Below, in pieces: positions 1 through 7,264 of a stretch of 18,535 nucleotides of DNA. The DNA comes from a virus (Duplodnaviria > Heunggongvirae > Uroviricota > Caudoviricetes): positions 1-18,535 of IMG/VR virus record IMGVR_UViG_3300049617_000342, one strand, 5' to 3'. A program made the translations under genes and the position numbers. The notes below the pieces were generated by a model. It did not search any database and was not told the origin of the DNA. It was given only the letters and a program-made list of their open reading frames with translations. Numbering within the stretch: the stretch's first letter is position 1; every line of letters starts with the position of its first letter.

Positions 1-330
1 ACAACCGCCGGCGTGCAGGTGACCTTCACCGACAGGTTCAGCGACGTGGCCGAGGACGTGATCGACTCCCTCAGGGACGTCACGGAGCCGAGCCAGATCA
101 AGACCTTCTTCGAGGAGAAGCGCGTGCTGACCCTCGCCAAGACCGACGACGACACCATCAAGATGCTGGTCGAGAAGCTCGGCGAGCAGACCTTCGGCGA
201 CATCTTCAAGATCAAGGTCTCGCTGGCCGCCAAGAAGGACATGGACAGAAACCAGTTCGAGCTTGTTCCCGAGGCCAGAGGGCTGCTCAAGCAGGCCAAG
301 CCCGGCGTCAAGCTCCTGAAGGAAGACTGA
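1..330 (+). CDS. Hypothetical protein, 5'-truncated by the window edge
   Basis: Frame 1 is open from base 1 to TGA at 328-330 with strongly G/C-ending codons; no family motif recognised. Confidence 0.7.
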   Translation, partial: TTAGVQVTFTDRFSDVAEDVIDSLRDVTEPSQIKTFFEEKRVLTLAKTDDDTIKMLVEKLGEQTFGDIFKIKVSLAAKKDMDRNQFELVPEARGLLKQAKPGVKLLKED

Positions 331-338
331 GGTGACAA

Positions 339-572
339 ATGTTCGTACTAAAAGACGTAACCCTGGCAAAGGCCATCGACGTCATGCTGTCAAAGAAGGC
401 CGCCGAGGCCGAGATCACGGGCGAGGCCGACAAGCTTCGGTACGTCGTGAGCAGAGCGGGGAAGCGCACGTGGACCTACAATGGGAGAGAGACCGACAGC
501 GTCTTATTGACGGCCTTCAATCACGACTACCGATGGGATTTAACGATACACAAGACAAAGGACGACCTATGA
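339..572 (+). CDS. Hypothetical protein (77 aa)
   Basis: GAGGTG Shine-Dalgarno (SD) before ATG 339; stop overlaps the next start (ATGA at 569-572). Confidence 0.72.
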   Translation: MFVLKDVTLAKAIDVMLSKKAAEAEITGEADKLRYVVSRAGKRTWTYNGRETDSVLLTAFNHDYRWDLTIHKTKDDL

Positions 573-766
573 TGAGGCACACGATAATGGAGGCCGTGAT
601 GATCGCGGCGTTCGACCCGACCAGCAACCCACAGATAGAGCCGGACCTCATCGCAGAGTCCATGGCTAGGCACCGGCGCGAGAAGCAGGCCATCGAGATG
701 GCGACCGCCTTCCTGCCCGAGGACCCCTGCGACGACGAGGTGATCAAGAGCCGGTGGTCCAAGTGA
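569..766 (+). CDS. Hypothetical protein (65 aa, MMRHTIMEAV...)
   Basis: C-terminal part of track ORF 332..766; start taken at the ATGA overlap; stop overlaps GTG 763. Confidence 0.68.
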   Translation: MMRHTIMEAVMIAAFDPTSNPQIEPDLIAESMARHRREKQAIEMATAFLPEDPCDDEVIKSRWSK

Positions 767-948
767 GCGCCGCCCTGGAGCTGCTAAAGGAGGCCGCACT
801 GAAGCTGGAGGAGGCCCGCAAGAGCGGGGACCAGAAGAGGATATCGGAGGGTAACTATCCCTTGACGACAAGTAAGAGGAGCTGCCAGCACAAGCCACGG
901 CTCAGAAGCTCGAAGTACAACAAGCCTAGAACGGTGAGATACGCGTGA
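763..948 (+). CDS. Small helical protein; N-terminus paralogous to 1235..1444
   Basis: GTGA overlap start; SAALELLKEAALKLEEARKSGDQKRISE aligns with TALDALRQAADALEIARKTGDEKKITE; the 3' half has a different composition and may be degenerate. Confidence 0.55.
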   Translation: MSAALELLKEAALKLEEARKSGDQKRISEGNYPLTTSKRSCQHKPRLRSSKYNKPRTVRYA

Positions 949-1238
949 TAGAGTGGGTCACAGGTGACGATGTTGAATATGGAGTGCCCGTAATCAGAGG
1001 AGCCACCGAGTTCGGCATACGAGACAACAAAGGGCGCGGTGTAGGGTACCTCTATGTAATAGCAGCGGCGGCAGAAACGGGCGCGGGCGTAACTCTCTGG
1101 AACACAGTTACCAGAAACGGCCACCAGTACGGCGCCAGCCAACCACGCCAGCCGTTCCCAAACCAAGAACAGGCCAAGGCCTACGCCGAGAAGCACGTCC
1201 TCAAGAGACTTAGCGACTACAAAAGGAAGTTCGGATGA
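945..1238 (+). CDS. Hypothetical protein (97 aa)
   Basis: GTGA and ATGA overlaps at both ends; more A/T-ending codons than its neighbours. Confidence 0.68.
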   Translation: MIEWVTGDDVEYGVPVIRGATEFGIRDNKGRGVGYLYVIAAAAETGAGVTLWNTVTRNGHQYGASQPRQPFPNQEQAKAYAEKHVLKRLSDYKRKFG

Positions 1239-1444
1239 CTGCACTGGACGCCCTCCGGCAGGCGGCCGACGCCCTGGAGATCGCACGCAAGACCGGAGAC
1301 GAGAAGAAGATAACCGAGGCCAAGATGGAGCACGCCATGGCGATGCGCCGCTACGACAACGACATGGAGCTTATGAGGATAGCGCCGGTGGTGCTCAGGA
1401 AGCTGCTGAACGGTACACTGGACAAAGAGGAGACACCGACATGA
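1235..1444 (+). CDS. Small helical protein (69 aa)
   Basis: ATGA overlaps at both ends; paralogous N-terminus to 763..948. Confidence 0.75.
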   Translation: MTALDALRQAADALEIARKTGDEKKITEAKMEHAMAMRRYDNDMELMRIAPVVLRKLLNGTLDKEETPT

Positions 1445-1782
1445 TCACAAAGGGAAAAGCCATAGAGTTCGTCAAGGAGTTCACCCCTAAGCTGATGGAC
1501 GCCACGCGCGTCAACCAGTTCCAGGGAGTCTACTCCAAGAAGGCCGCCCAGAAGGTGCGCCGCGAGATCGCCAAGTTCTCCGCCGCCCTGCAAGCCAAGC
1601 TGGACGACAAGGTCGCGCTCCACACAGCCGGCAGCGTCGACAAGATGATCAGCGAGTTCGACCACTTCATAGAGTACCCCTCCAAGAAGGAAGGGAGACC
1701 GGGCTGGCTACCAACAATCACGCAGCGCCGAGCGGCACCCCTCATTAAGGCGCTCCTCCTGGAGCTTAAAGAAGCAAGCTGA
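1441..1782 (+). CDS. Hypothetical protein (113 aa)
   Basis: GGAG SD, ATGA overlap at start, TGATG overlap at end, typical codon bias. Confidence 0.78.
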   Translation: MITKGKAIEFVKEFTPKLMDATRVNQFQGVYSKKAAQKVRREIAKFSAALQAKLDDKVALHTAGSVDKMISEFDHFIEYPSKKEGRPGWLPTITQRRAAPLIKALLLELKEAS

Positions 1783-3215
1783 TGGGTGGCTGGTCCAACC
1801 TCGGGATGATGGGCATCTTCGCCGGCATCACCGCGGCGTGGGGCCAGGTCAAGGCGCTCATCGACAGGTTCACCTCGGTCTTCGTGGTCACCGCCGTCCT
1901 AGAGAACACCACCGCCGAGGCGGTCTACTGCTACCTCTGGGACAACTTCAAGAACGGCCGGCTGGCCGACAAGCGCTTCAGCTCCCTGTGGACCTACGTC
2001 AAGCCCAACAAGCGCCGCCAGGCCATAGCCACCGAGATGCTGGGCAGCTCGAGCGTCTTCTACAGGGGCTGGAGGTTCATCTTCGTCAGCCCCACCGTGA
2101 AGAGCCAGGACGGCTCGCCGGGCAACACGAACACCATCACGATCAAGTACCTGCGCGGCTCCATGGACCTGAACGGGTTCATCGTCGAGGCCATGGACGC
2201 CCACAACGACTACCTGGACAACAACAAGAGCAGGACCAAGAACAAGCGCGTGCGCTACTACGTCAAGAAGGTGTTCGGCAGCCTCGGCCGGCAGCCCTCC
2301 ACCGACGACGGGAAGCAGCCCAAGGCCATCAAGGGCAGCAGCAGCAACTCCGAGATATCCAGGGACGTCAGGCCCCTGAAGTGGTCGAAGGACCAGCTGG
2401 GGAGCCCGGTGCCCCCGTCGCCGTTCGCGGCCCTCAGCTACCCGCCCGACATAATGGAGGTCATCGAGGACCTGCGCTTCTGGCGCGCCTCCAGGAAGTG
2501 GTACTTCGACCACATACTGCCGTGGCGCATGGGCATACTCTGCCTCGGCGGCCCGGGCACCGGTAAGACCAGCATGATCAGGGCGGTCGGCCAGGAGCTT
2601 GACATGCCTGTCCACCACTACGACCTCGGCACCATGAGCAACGAGGAGTTCTCCAGGGAGTGGCAGGACACGCTGTCGTGCGCGCCGGTCATAGTCCTGT
2701 TCGAGGACTTCGACAGGGTGTTCAACAAGGCCGACAACGTCCAGTCCAACAAGACCGGCATAAGCCCCCTGACCCTGGACTGCCTTCTGAACTGCGTGGG
2801 CGGCCTGGAGCAGGCCAACGGCATGCTGCTCTTCATAACCGCCAACGACCCGACCAGGCTGGACGAGGCCATCGGCCTGCCGAACATGAAGGGCGAGTCC
2901 ACCAGGCCAGGCCGCATAGACAAGATCATCACGTTCAGGGAACTGAACGACGAGCAGAGGAAGTCCATAGCCAACAGGCTCCTCAAGGAGTACCCCGAGC
3001 TCATCAACGAGACCATAGCGGCCGGGGCAGGCGAGACCGGGGCGCAGTTCGAGAACAGGTGCGGCCAGCTAGCGCTCCACCACTACTGGAAGCAGAAGAG
3101 GCTCTCGAGGGAGAGCGAGGACCTGTGGCAGGAGAACAAGAGCCAGATGGCGAACCTGCTCGACGAGATGGCCGAGCACGAGGAGGACGAGTGGTATGAA
3201 GACGACGACAACTGA
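1782..3215 (+). CDS. BCS1-like membrane-anchored AAA+ ATPase (477 aa)
   Basis: Hydrophobic N-terminus; WY..xLPWRMGILCLGGPGTGKT (Walker A preceded by a BCS1-like WY..GIPYRRG segment); Walker B VIVLFEDFD; LTLDCLLNCVGG (cf. BCS1 VTLSGLLNALDG); ITANDPTRLDEA...RPGRID sensor-1/Arg-finger region. Confidence 0.88.
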   Translation: MGGWSNLGMMGIFAGITAAWGQVKALIDRFTSVFVVTAVLENTTAEAVYCYLWDNFKNGRLADKRFSSLWTYVKPNKRRQAIATEMLGSSSVFYRGWRFIFVSPTVKSQDGSPGNTNTITIKYLRGSMDLNGFIVEAMDAHNDYLDNNKSRTKNKRVRYYVKKVFGSLGRQPSTDDGKQPKAIKGSSSNSEISRDVRPLKWSKDQLGSPVPPSPFAALSYPPDIMEVIEDLRFWRASRKWYFDHILPWRMGILCLGGPGTGKTSMIRAVGQELDMPVHHYDLGTMSNEEFSREWQDTLSCAPVIVLFEDFDRVFNKADNVQSNKTGISPLTLDCLLNCVGGLEQANGMLLFITANDPTRLDEAIGLPNMKGESTRPGRIDKIITFRELNDEQRKSIANRLLKEYPELINETIAAGAGETGAQFENRCGQLALHHYWKQKRLSRESEDLWQENKSQMANLLDEMAEHEEDEWYEDDDN

Positions 3216-3792
3216 GAACCCGTTCCTCTACCCCAACAAGCCCGTGCTGTTCCACCGGCTGGAGACGCTCGAGGCGCACATCGACCTCAGCAAGTACCTG
3301 GTCCAGCCGAAGTACAACGGCGACCGCGCCATAGTCAGCTGCTCCAAGGACGGCAAGGTCGTCGTGTTCAGCAGGCTCAGGAGGGAGCTTAACGGCACCA
3401 AGGGGAAGTTCGACTACCTGGCCGACGCCGTGAAGCTGCCCAAGCCGTGGGTGCTGGACGGCGAGTGGGTCAAGGAGAAGTTCGGCATCTACTGGTGGGA
3501 CGTGGGCATGGTCGGCGGCAAGTTCGTAGGCGGCACCCCGTACAAGGAGCGCTTCGAGAAGTACGAGGAGCTGGTCGGCCGCATACAGATGCCGGCCGAC
3601 CACAAGATGCCGTTCCTGTGCAGGACCATCTGGGCCGAGTGCGACAGCAAGCACTACCAGGCCGTGAAGGACATCAGCATTCAGGGCGTCTCCAGCCTGG
3701 AAGGCCTCGTCTACAAGCTCAAGGACGCCACCGACCTGTGGGGCGTGTCGTCCACTTCAGAACGACCGAGCCAGCTCAAATGGCGCAAGTAG
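3196..3792 (+). CDS. ATP-dependent ligase/capping-superfamily nucleotidyltransferase, adenylation domain only (198 aa)
   Basis: Motif I QPKYNGDR, III VLDGEW, IIIa YWWDV, IV EGLVYK, V QLKWRK, then an immediate stop; no OB-fold. Confidence 0.82.
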   Translation: MKTTTTENPFLYPNKPVLFHRLETLEAHIDLSKYLVQPKYNGDRAIVSCSKDGKVVVFSRLRRELNGTKGKFDYLADAVKLPKPWVLDGEWVKEKFGIYWWDVGMVGGKFVGGTPYKERFEKYEELVGRIQMPADHKMPFLCRTIWAECDSKHYQAVKDISIQGVSSLEGLVYKLKDATDLWGVSSTSERPSQLKWRK

Positions 3793-3869
3793 AGCTGCTC
3801 CCCTGGGTGACGATGATCTGGTGCGCCCCCATCGTGGCGTTCTGCGTCTGGTTCGCGTGGCCCCGGTGA
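3780..3869 (+). CDS. Small hydrophobic membrane peptide (29 aa, MAQVELLPWVTMIWCAPIVAFCVWFAWPR)
   Basis: Fills the gap exactly; stop overlaps GTG 3866; one hydrophobic stretch. Confidence 0.5.
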   Translation: MAQVELLPWVTMIWCAPIVAFCVWFAWPR

Positions 3870-4072
3870 TCACGCCAGAGGACCTAAAAGCCATAAAAGA
3901 GAACTGCCTGCTCTGGTCCAACAACTGCGGCGGCTGCGAGACGTGCAGCCAGTTCTTCGGGAGCAAGACGCCACCGTACGACCACTACGAGACGTACCAG
4001 CTCGTCTGCATGATCGAGGAACGCGACGCAGAGATCAAGAGACTAAAGGAGGCCAAGGTTGAGCAGGTTTGA
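3866..4072 (+). CDS. Small Cys-containing protein (68 aa; C-x6-CGGCETC)
   Basis: GTGA overlap start, trimmed from track ORF 3821..4072; cysteine cluster followed by a coiled-coil-like tail. Confidence 0.68.
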   Translation: MITPEDLKAIKENCLLWSNNCGGCETCSQFFGSKTPPYDHYETYQLVCMIEERDAEIKRLKEAKVEQV

Positions 4073-4907
4073 GGGCACCTGGCACAAGGCGCCGGAGACG
4101 AAGGTCACGCCCTACAGGCTGAAGGCGCCGTACGACAACGTGTACGTGGGCGAGGACCCGGGCGACGGAATGACCCAGGAGTACGCCGACCAGTTCGACG
4201 CCATAGTCAACGTGAGCTGCACAGAGTGCGCCCTGTTCGAGCCGAGCAGGCCAGACCAGAGGACCTACTGGTACCCCATAAACGAGATGGGCCGCTGGTC
4301 GCTGGGCTACCTGTTCTGGCTGAAGAAGGTCATGGACTTCCACCACGACAAGGGCCACAGGATCTACCTGCACTGCCACGCCGGCGCCTACAGGTCTCCA
4401 TCGGCCGCCGTGCTCTGGCTCCAAAGCAGAGGCCACACCCCTCTAGAGGCCATATCCCTAGGCGCCATGAGGTGCGACAAGAGCGCGCTGTACTCGCTGT
4501 GGAAGTCCCACGGCAACATACCGAAGATGAAGGACGCCCTGTACGAGTCCATGAGGAACAACAAGTGGAACAGCTTCGCCAGCCACATACTCAGCAGGGA
4601 CTTCTGGAACCGCGACCTGTGGAACCCCGAGATAGCGGCCCCCGGCCACATGATGCGCGCCCACATACTGCACAGGTACTTCTGGTTCTACTACCAGCCG
4701 AAGTACTGGCTCAAGGGCAAGTGGGAGAACGCGAAGTACTGGTGGGAAGGCTGCGGCTACCACGAACACGGCTACGGGAAGTACATCTACCCGAGGAAGA
4801 ACTTCTGGGAGTGGCCACTGGACGCGGAGCCCGAGGACGCCAGCTATACTGCGGGGATAGGCAAGACCTGGGACAAGTCCGACAGGACCTTCAGGGTCCG
4901 ATCTTGA
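4059..4907 (+). CDS. Cysteine (dual-specificity/PTP-like) phosphatase with an aromatic-rich C-terminal extension (282 aa)
   Basis: P-loop IYLHCHAGAYRSPS (HCx5R[S/T]); N-terminal NVYVG and DAIVNVS elements typical of DSPs; TTG start after a GGAGG SD. Confidence 0.85.
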   Translation: MSRFEGTWHKAPETKVTPYRLKAPYDNVYVGEDPGDGMTQEYADQFDAIVNVSCTECALFEPSRPDQRTYWYPINEMGRWSLGYLFWLKKVMDFHHDKGHRIYLHCHAGAYRSPSAAVLWLQSRGHTPLEAISLGAMRCDKSALYSLWKSHGNIPKMKDALYESMRNNKWNSFASHILSRDFWNRDLWNPEIAAPGHMMRAHILHRYFWFYYQPKYWLKGKWENAKYWWEGCGYHEHGYGKYIYPRKNFWEWPLDAEPEDASYTAGIGKTWDKSDRTFRVRS

Positions 4908-5235
4908 TCAGCTCGTCGCCCATCTTCCTGAACGTGAGGCCTTTGGGCTCGTGGTACTTGATCAGGGCCAGCAAGACCGTCTCGGCATCAAGGTAGTTCA
5001 GGTAGAACTCCCTCTCCTCGCCACGCTCGTTCCCCTTGAAAAGCTTGACCCTCAGGCCGTTGCCGGTGTCCTCCAGCTTGAGGGCCTCGCGGTGGTCGCT
5101 CCACTGGTTGTCGTACTCCGAGAAGCCAACCTTGACCTCCCTGTCGCTGTCGACGGCGAATCCAGACTCGACGCGCCAGCCGCTGTACTCGGCCGGGTGC
5201 TTCTTGGTGCTCGAGAAGTAGTGCTCGGTGGTCAT
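4891..5235 (-). CDS. Hypothetical protein (114 aa, MTTEHYF...)
   Basis: GGAGG SD before ATG 5235; trimmed from track ORF 4891..5310; converges on the phosphatase gene. Confidence 0.75.
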   Translation of the reverse strand: MTTEHYFSSTKKHPAEYSGWRVESGFAVDSDREVKVGFSEYDNQWSDHREALKLEDTGNGLRVKLFKGNERGEEREFYLNYLDAETVLLALIKYHEPKGLTFRKMGDELIKIGP

Positions 5236-5357
5236 GGCATCCTCCACGCGCCGTAGCGGTGGTAGAAGGTGACGGCCTCGCTCACGACCATGTAGGTCAC
5301 GCTGCCGCACACGGCGACTATCATGGACCCTATCAGAAACCTAAAAATAGAATTCAT
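5232..5357 (-). CDS. Small single-pass membrane protein (41 aa, MNSIFRFLIGSMIVAVCGSVTYMVVSEAVTFYHRYGAWRMP)
   Basis: Not in the ORF track; AGGAGG-like SD; stop overlaps the next start (ATGA). Confidence 0.6.
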   Translation of the reverse strand: MNSIFRFLIGSMIVAVCGSVTYMVVSEAVTFYHRYGAWRMP

Positions 5358-5610
5358 CCCTGCCCTCCTTGAGTTCCTTGACCTCGCGCTCCAGCCTGGA
5401 CAGCCTCTCCTCGACGGGGTCGGGCCTGATCATGGTGATCCACTGGCCGTCGTGGAAGATCTTGTCCTGGTAGGTCTTCTGGTCCCTGGCGAGCATCACC
5501 AGGAAGCCGTCTATCTTGCCGTCGGCCGGCAGCTCGTCCACCTCTCGGTAGCCCATCATCACGTTGCCGTTGAAGAACAGGCAGAAGTAGCGCTTAGAAG
5601 TATCCGTCAT
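5341..5610 (-). CDS. Hypothetical protein (89 aa) with a C-terminal coiled coil
   Basis: GAGG SD, codon bias, VEERLSRLEREVKELK heptads. Confidence 0.74.
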   Translation of the reverse strand: MTDTSKRYFCLFFNGNVMMGYREVDELPADGKIDGFLVMLARDQKTYQDKIFHDGQWITMIRPDPVEERLSRLEREVKELKEGRDEFYF

Positions 5611-5911
5611 CGTCGTCCTCTAGCGGGTCTACGTCCTCACCGAGGTCGTCGAAGCTGGTCTCGTTGTGGCCACCGCCGAGGCGGTTGTTGTACTCGGGAT
5701 CGGGCACGCCGTCGCGGTCGTGGTTGACCTTCGGCGGCTCGTACGCGGGGAGCTGGTCCACCGCGGTGATGTCCTTCTCGCCCCCGAAGCTCTCGAAGTC
5801 GTCGAAGTCGTTCTGGAGGACCTTCTTGGCCGCGTGGTCTAGGTTGTCGGCCTCCACGTCCACCTCTCGCTGCTCCTTGTACTTCACCCTGAATATCTTT
5901 GAGTCGCTCAT
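5594..5911 (-). CDS. Highly acidic protein (105 aa); N-terminus resembles the DpnD/PcfM-like small phage domain
   Basis: KIFRVKYKEQREVDVEADNLDHAAKKV pattern; 30 D/E vs 11 K/R by manual count; ends EDDDDGYF. Confidence 0.74.
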   Translation of the reverse strand: MSDSKIFRVKYKEQREVDVEADNLDHAAKKVLQNDFDDFESFGGEKDITAVDQLPAYEPPKVNHDRDGVPDPEYNNRLGGGHNETSFDDLGEDVDPLEDDDDGYF

Positions 5912-6210
5912 CTCTGTCTCCTAGGTCGGGCCGCCGCATGGGCCCTTCGTTCTACTGCCTCCATGACCTTCTCGTCCTTCTCGACTTCCTCGTCCCACTT
6001 GTTCAGCGTGTATCCGGCGTAGTAGACGCTCATCATGCCCTGCGCCAGGTCCTCCCTGCACCTTGGGGGCCGCATCACACCCTCGAAGAAGGAGAGCAGC
6101 TCCTCAGCCGGGTCCGAGTCGGCGTATCCGTGGCGCTTCCTGAGGGCGCCCTGGAAGCGGTCGCTCTCGAGGAACTCGGCCACCTTCTTCCTGAAGTCGT
6201 CTCTCCTCAC
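5908..6210 (-). CDS. Hypothetical protein (100 aa, start GTG 6210)
   Basis: GTGA overlap with the iscA stop; ATGA overlap at the 3' end; trimmed from track ORF 5908..6264. Confidence 0.68.
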   Translation of the reverse strand: MRRDDFRKKVAEFLESDRFQGALRKRHGYADSDPAEELLSFFEGVMRPPRCREDLAQGMMSVYYAGYTLNKWDEEVEKDEKVMEAVERRAHAAARPRRQR

Positions 6211-6548
6211 GCCCGGAAGCTCCCGCCGCAGCCGCACGTGTTGGTGGCCTTGGGGTTTTTCCACGTGAATCCCTGGCCCTTGAGGCCGCCGTCGTAGTCA
6301 AGGGTGCAGCCCTCCAGGAACAGCCAGCTCTTCTTGTCGACCATGACCAGTATCTTGCGGGCCCTCTCGTCGTTGTCGGTGAAGAACATGTACTTGTGCG
6401 TGGCCGCCGGGTCGTCTGCGGGCGGGTCCATCTCGTCCATGAGGTACACGAGGCCGCTGCACCCGCCGCCCTGCACGCCCAGCTTGAGAGCCTTGCCGTC
6501 GGGCAGCACGCGCCTGAGCTGCTGTACCGCCTCGAAGGTCAGGTTCAC
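6207..6548 (-). CDS. iscA: IscA/HesB (A-type) iron-sulfur cluster carrier protein
   Basis: All three conserved Cys present: GVQGGGCSGLVY and NPKATNTCGCGGSF; internal VDKKSWLFLEGCTLDY is also typical. Confidence 0.92.
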   Translation of the reverse strand: MNLTFEAVQQLRRVLPDGKALKLGVQGGGCSGLVYLMDEMDPPADDPAATHKYMFFTDNDERARKILVMVDKKSWLFLEGCTLDYDGGLKGQGFTWKNPKATNTCGCGGSFRA

Positions 6549-6847
6549 CTGAACAGCTCCCTCTTAGACTTGATGTCGACCAGGGTGGACTTGAGCCTCT
6601 CCTCGTAGGACTGGCCTCCCTTGAGACGCTCCTCGGCATACCTGGTGGCCCAGTGTCGCAGGACACTTTGTACCCTAAACTGGTCCAGGAAGTGGAAGGG
6701 CACGTCGTTGAGCTTGTAGAATCCCCACCCGTTCGCGGTCCACAGGTGCATCTTCAGCTTGGCATTCACCAGGGCATAGTGCCCCTGTTCCCAATCGAGC
6801 GGCTCTCTGTCTACCGACCGTCTAGCCTGTTCCAGCATCCTGCTCAT
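6545..6847 (-). CDS. Hypothetical protein (100 aa)
   Basis: Abuts the upstream stop; GTGA overlap with iscA. Confidence 0.68.
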   Translation of the reverse strand: MSRMLEQARRSVDREPLDWEQGHYALVNAKLKMHLWTANGWGFYKLNDVPFHFLDQFRVQSVLRHWATRYAEERLKGGQSYEERLKSTLVDIKSKRELFR

Positions 6848-7000
6848 TCAGTGTCTCCACACCTCGACCATCAGGCCGAGCGAAAAGAAGGCTATGTTCA
6901 GGTCCCACACGGCGGACGGGGCCACGTTGTCCAGCACGAGGTTGGCCAGTATCCCGGCCGCGCACAATACTATTATAAGCGCCCGAGGCTTCCTCACCAT
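6848..7000 (-). CDS. Small membrane protein with two hydrophobic segments (50 aa, MVRKPRALIIVLCAAG...)
   Basis: C-terminal part of track ORF 6848..7249; start overlaps the upstream stop. Confidence 0.6.
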   Translation of the reverse strand: MVRKPRALIIVLCAAGILANLVLDNVAPSAVWDLNIAFFSLGLMVEVWRH

Positions 7001-7188
7001 CCGATGCTCGGGCCCTCGCCGGGCCTGCGGCCGCAGTTGGGCTTGGTGCACTTCAGGAACCCGGTCTCGTCGTAGTCCCACTTGTGGGGCGGGCAGGCGT
7101 TGGGGTCCTTGGCCCTGGGGGCTCGGTTGGCCATGTAGGCCACGAAGCCAAGGAACAGGAATATGACGAGCAGGCTGTCTAGGTCCAA
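6994..7188 (-). CDS. Membrane-anchored small Zn-finger-like protein (64 aa)
   Basis: GGAGG SD 7 nt before TTG 7188; N-terminal TM (LLVIFLFLGFVAYM) then CPPHKW...CTKPNC. Confidence 0.6.
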   Translation of the reverse strand: MDLDSLLVIFLFLGFVAYMANRAPRAKDPNACPPHKWDYDETGFLKCTKPNCGRRPGEGPSIGW

Positions 7189-7264
7189 GGGTTCGCCTCC
7201 ATTGTAACCTTGGTATACACTGGGCGACGCCGGAGGCACGGCGGCGCACGAAGGGAGACGTTAC

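Noticed and set aside
1838-3199. Long alternative-frame and antisense ORFs (e.g. 1838..2566 +, 1899..2618 -, 2660..3199 +; also 3004..3654 -, 4226..4996 +, 8082..8786 -)
   Set aside because: Shadows caused by high GC3 in the real genes; Arg/Gly/Pro-rich, with no SD or motifs.
7189-7264. Sigma-70 promoters in the divergent gap (TACAAT, TACACT) and at 13668-13724
   Set aside because: Promoters must exist nearby, but no -10 hexamer has a matching -35 at 16-18 nt spacing, so none can be placed.
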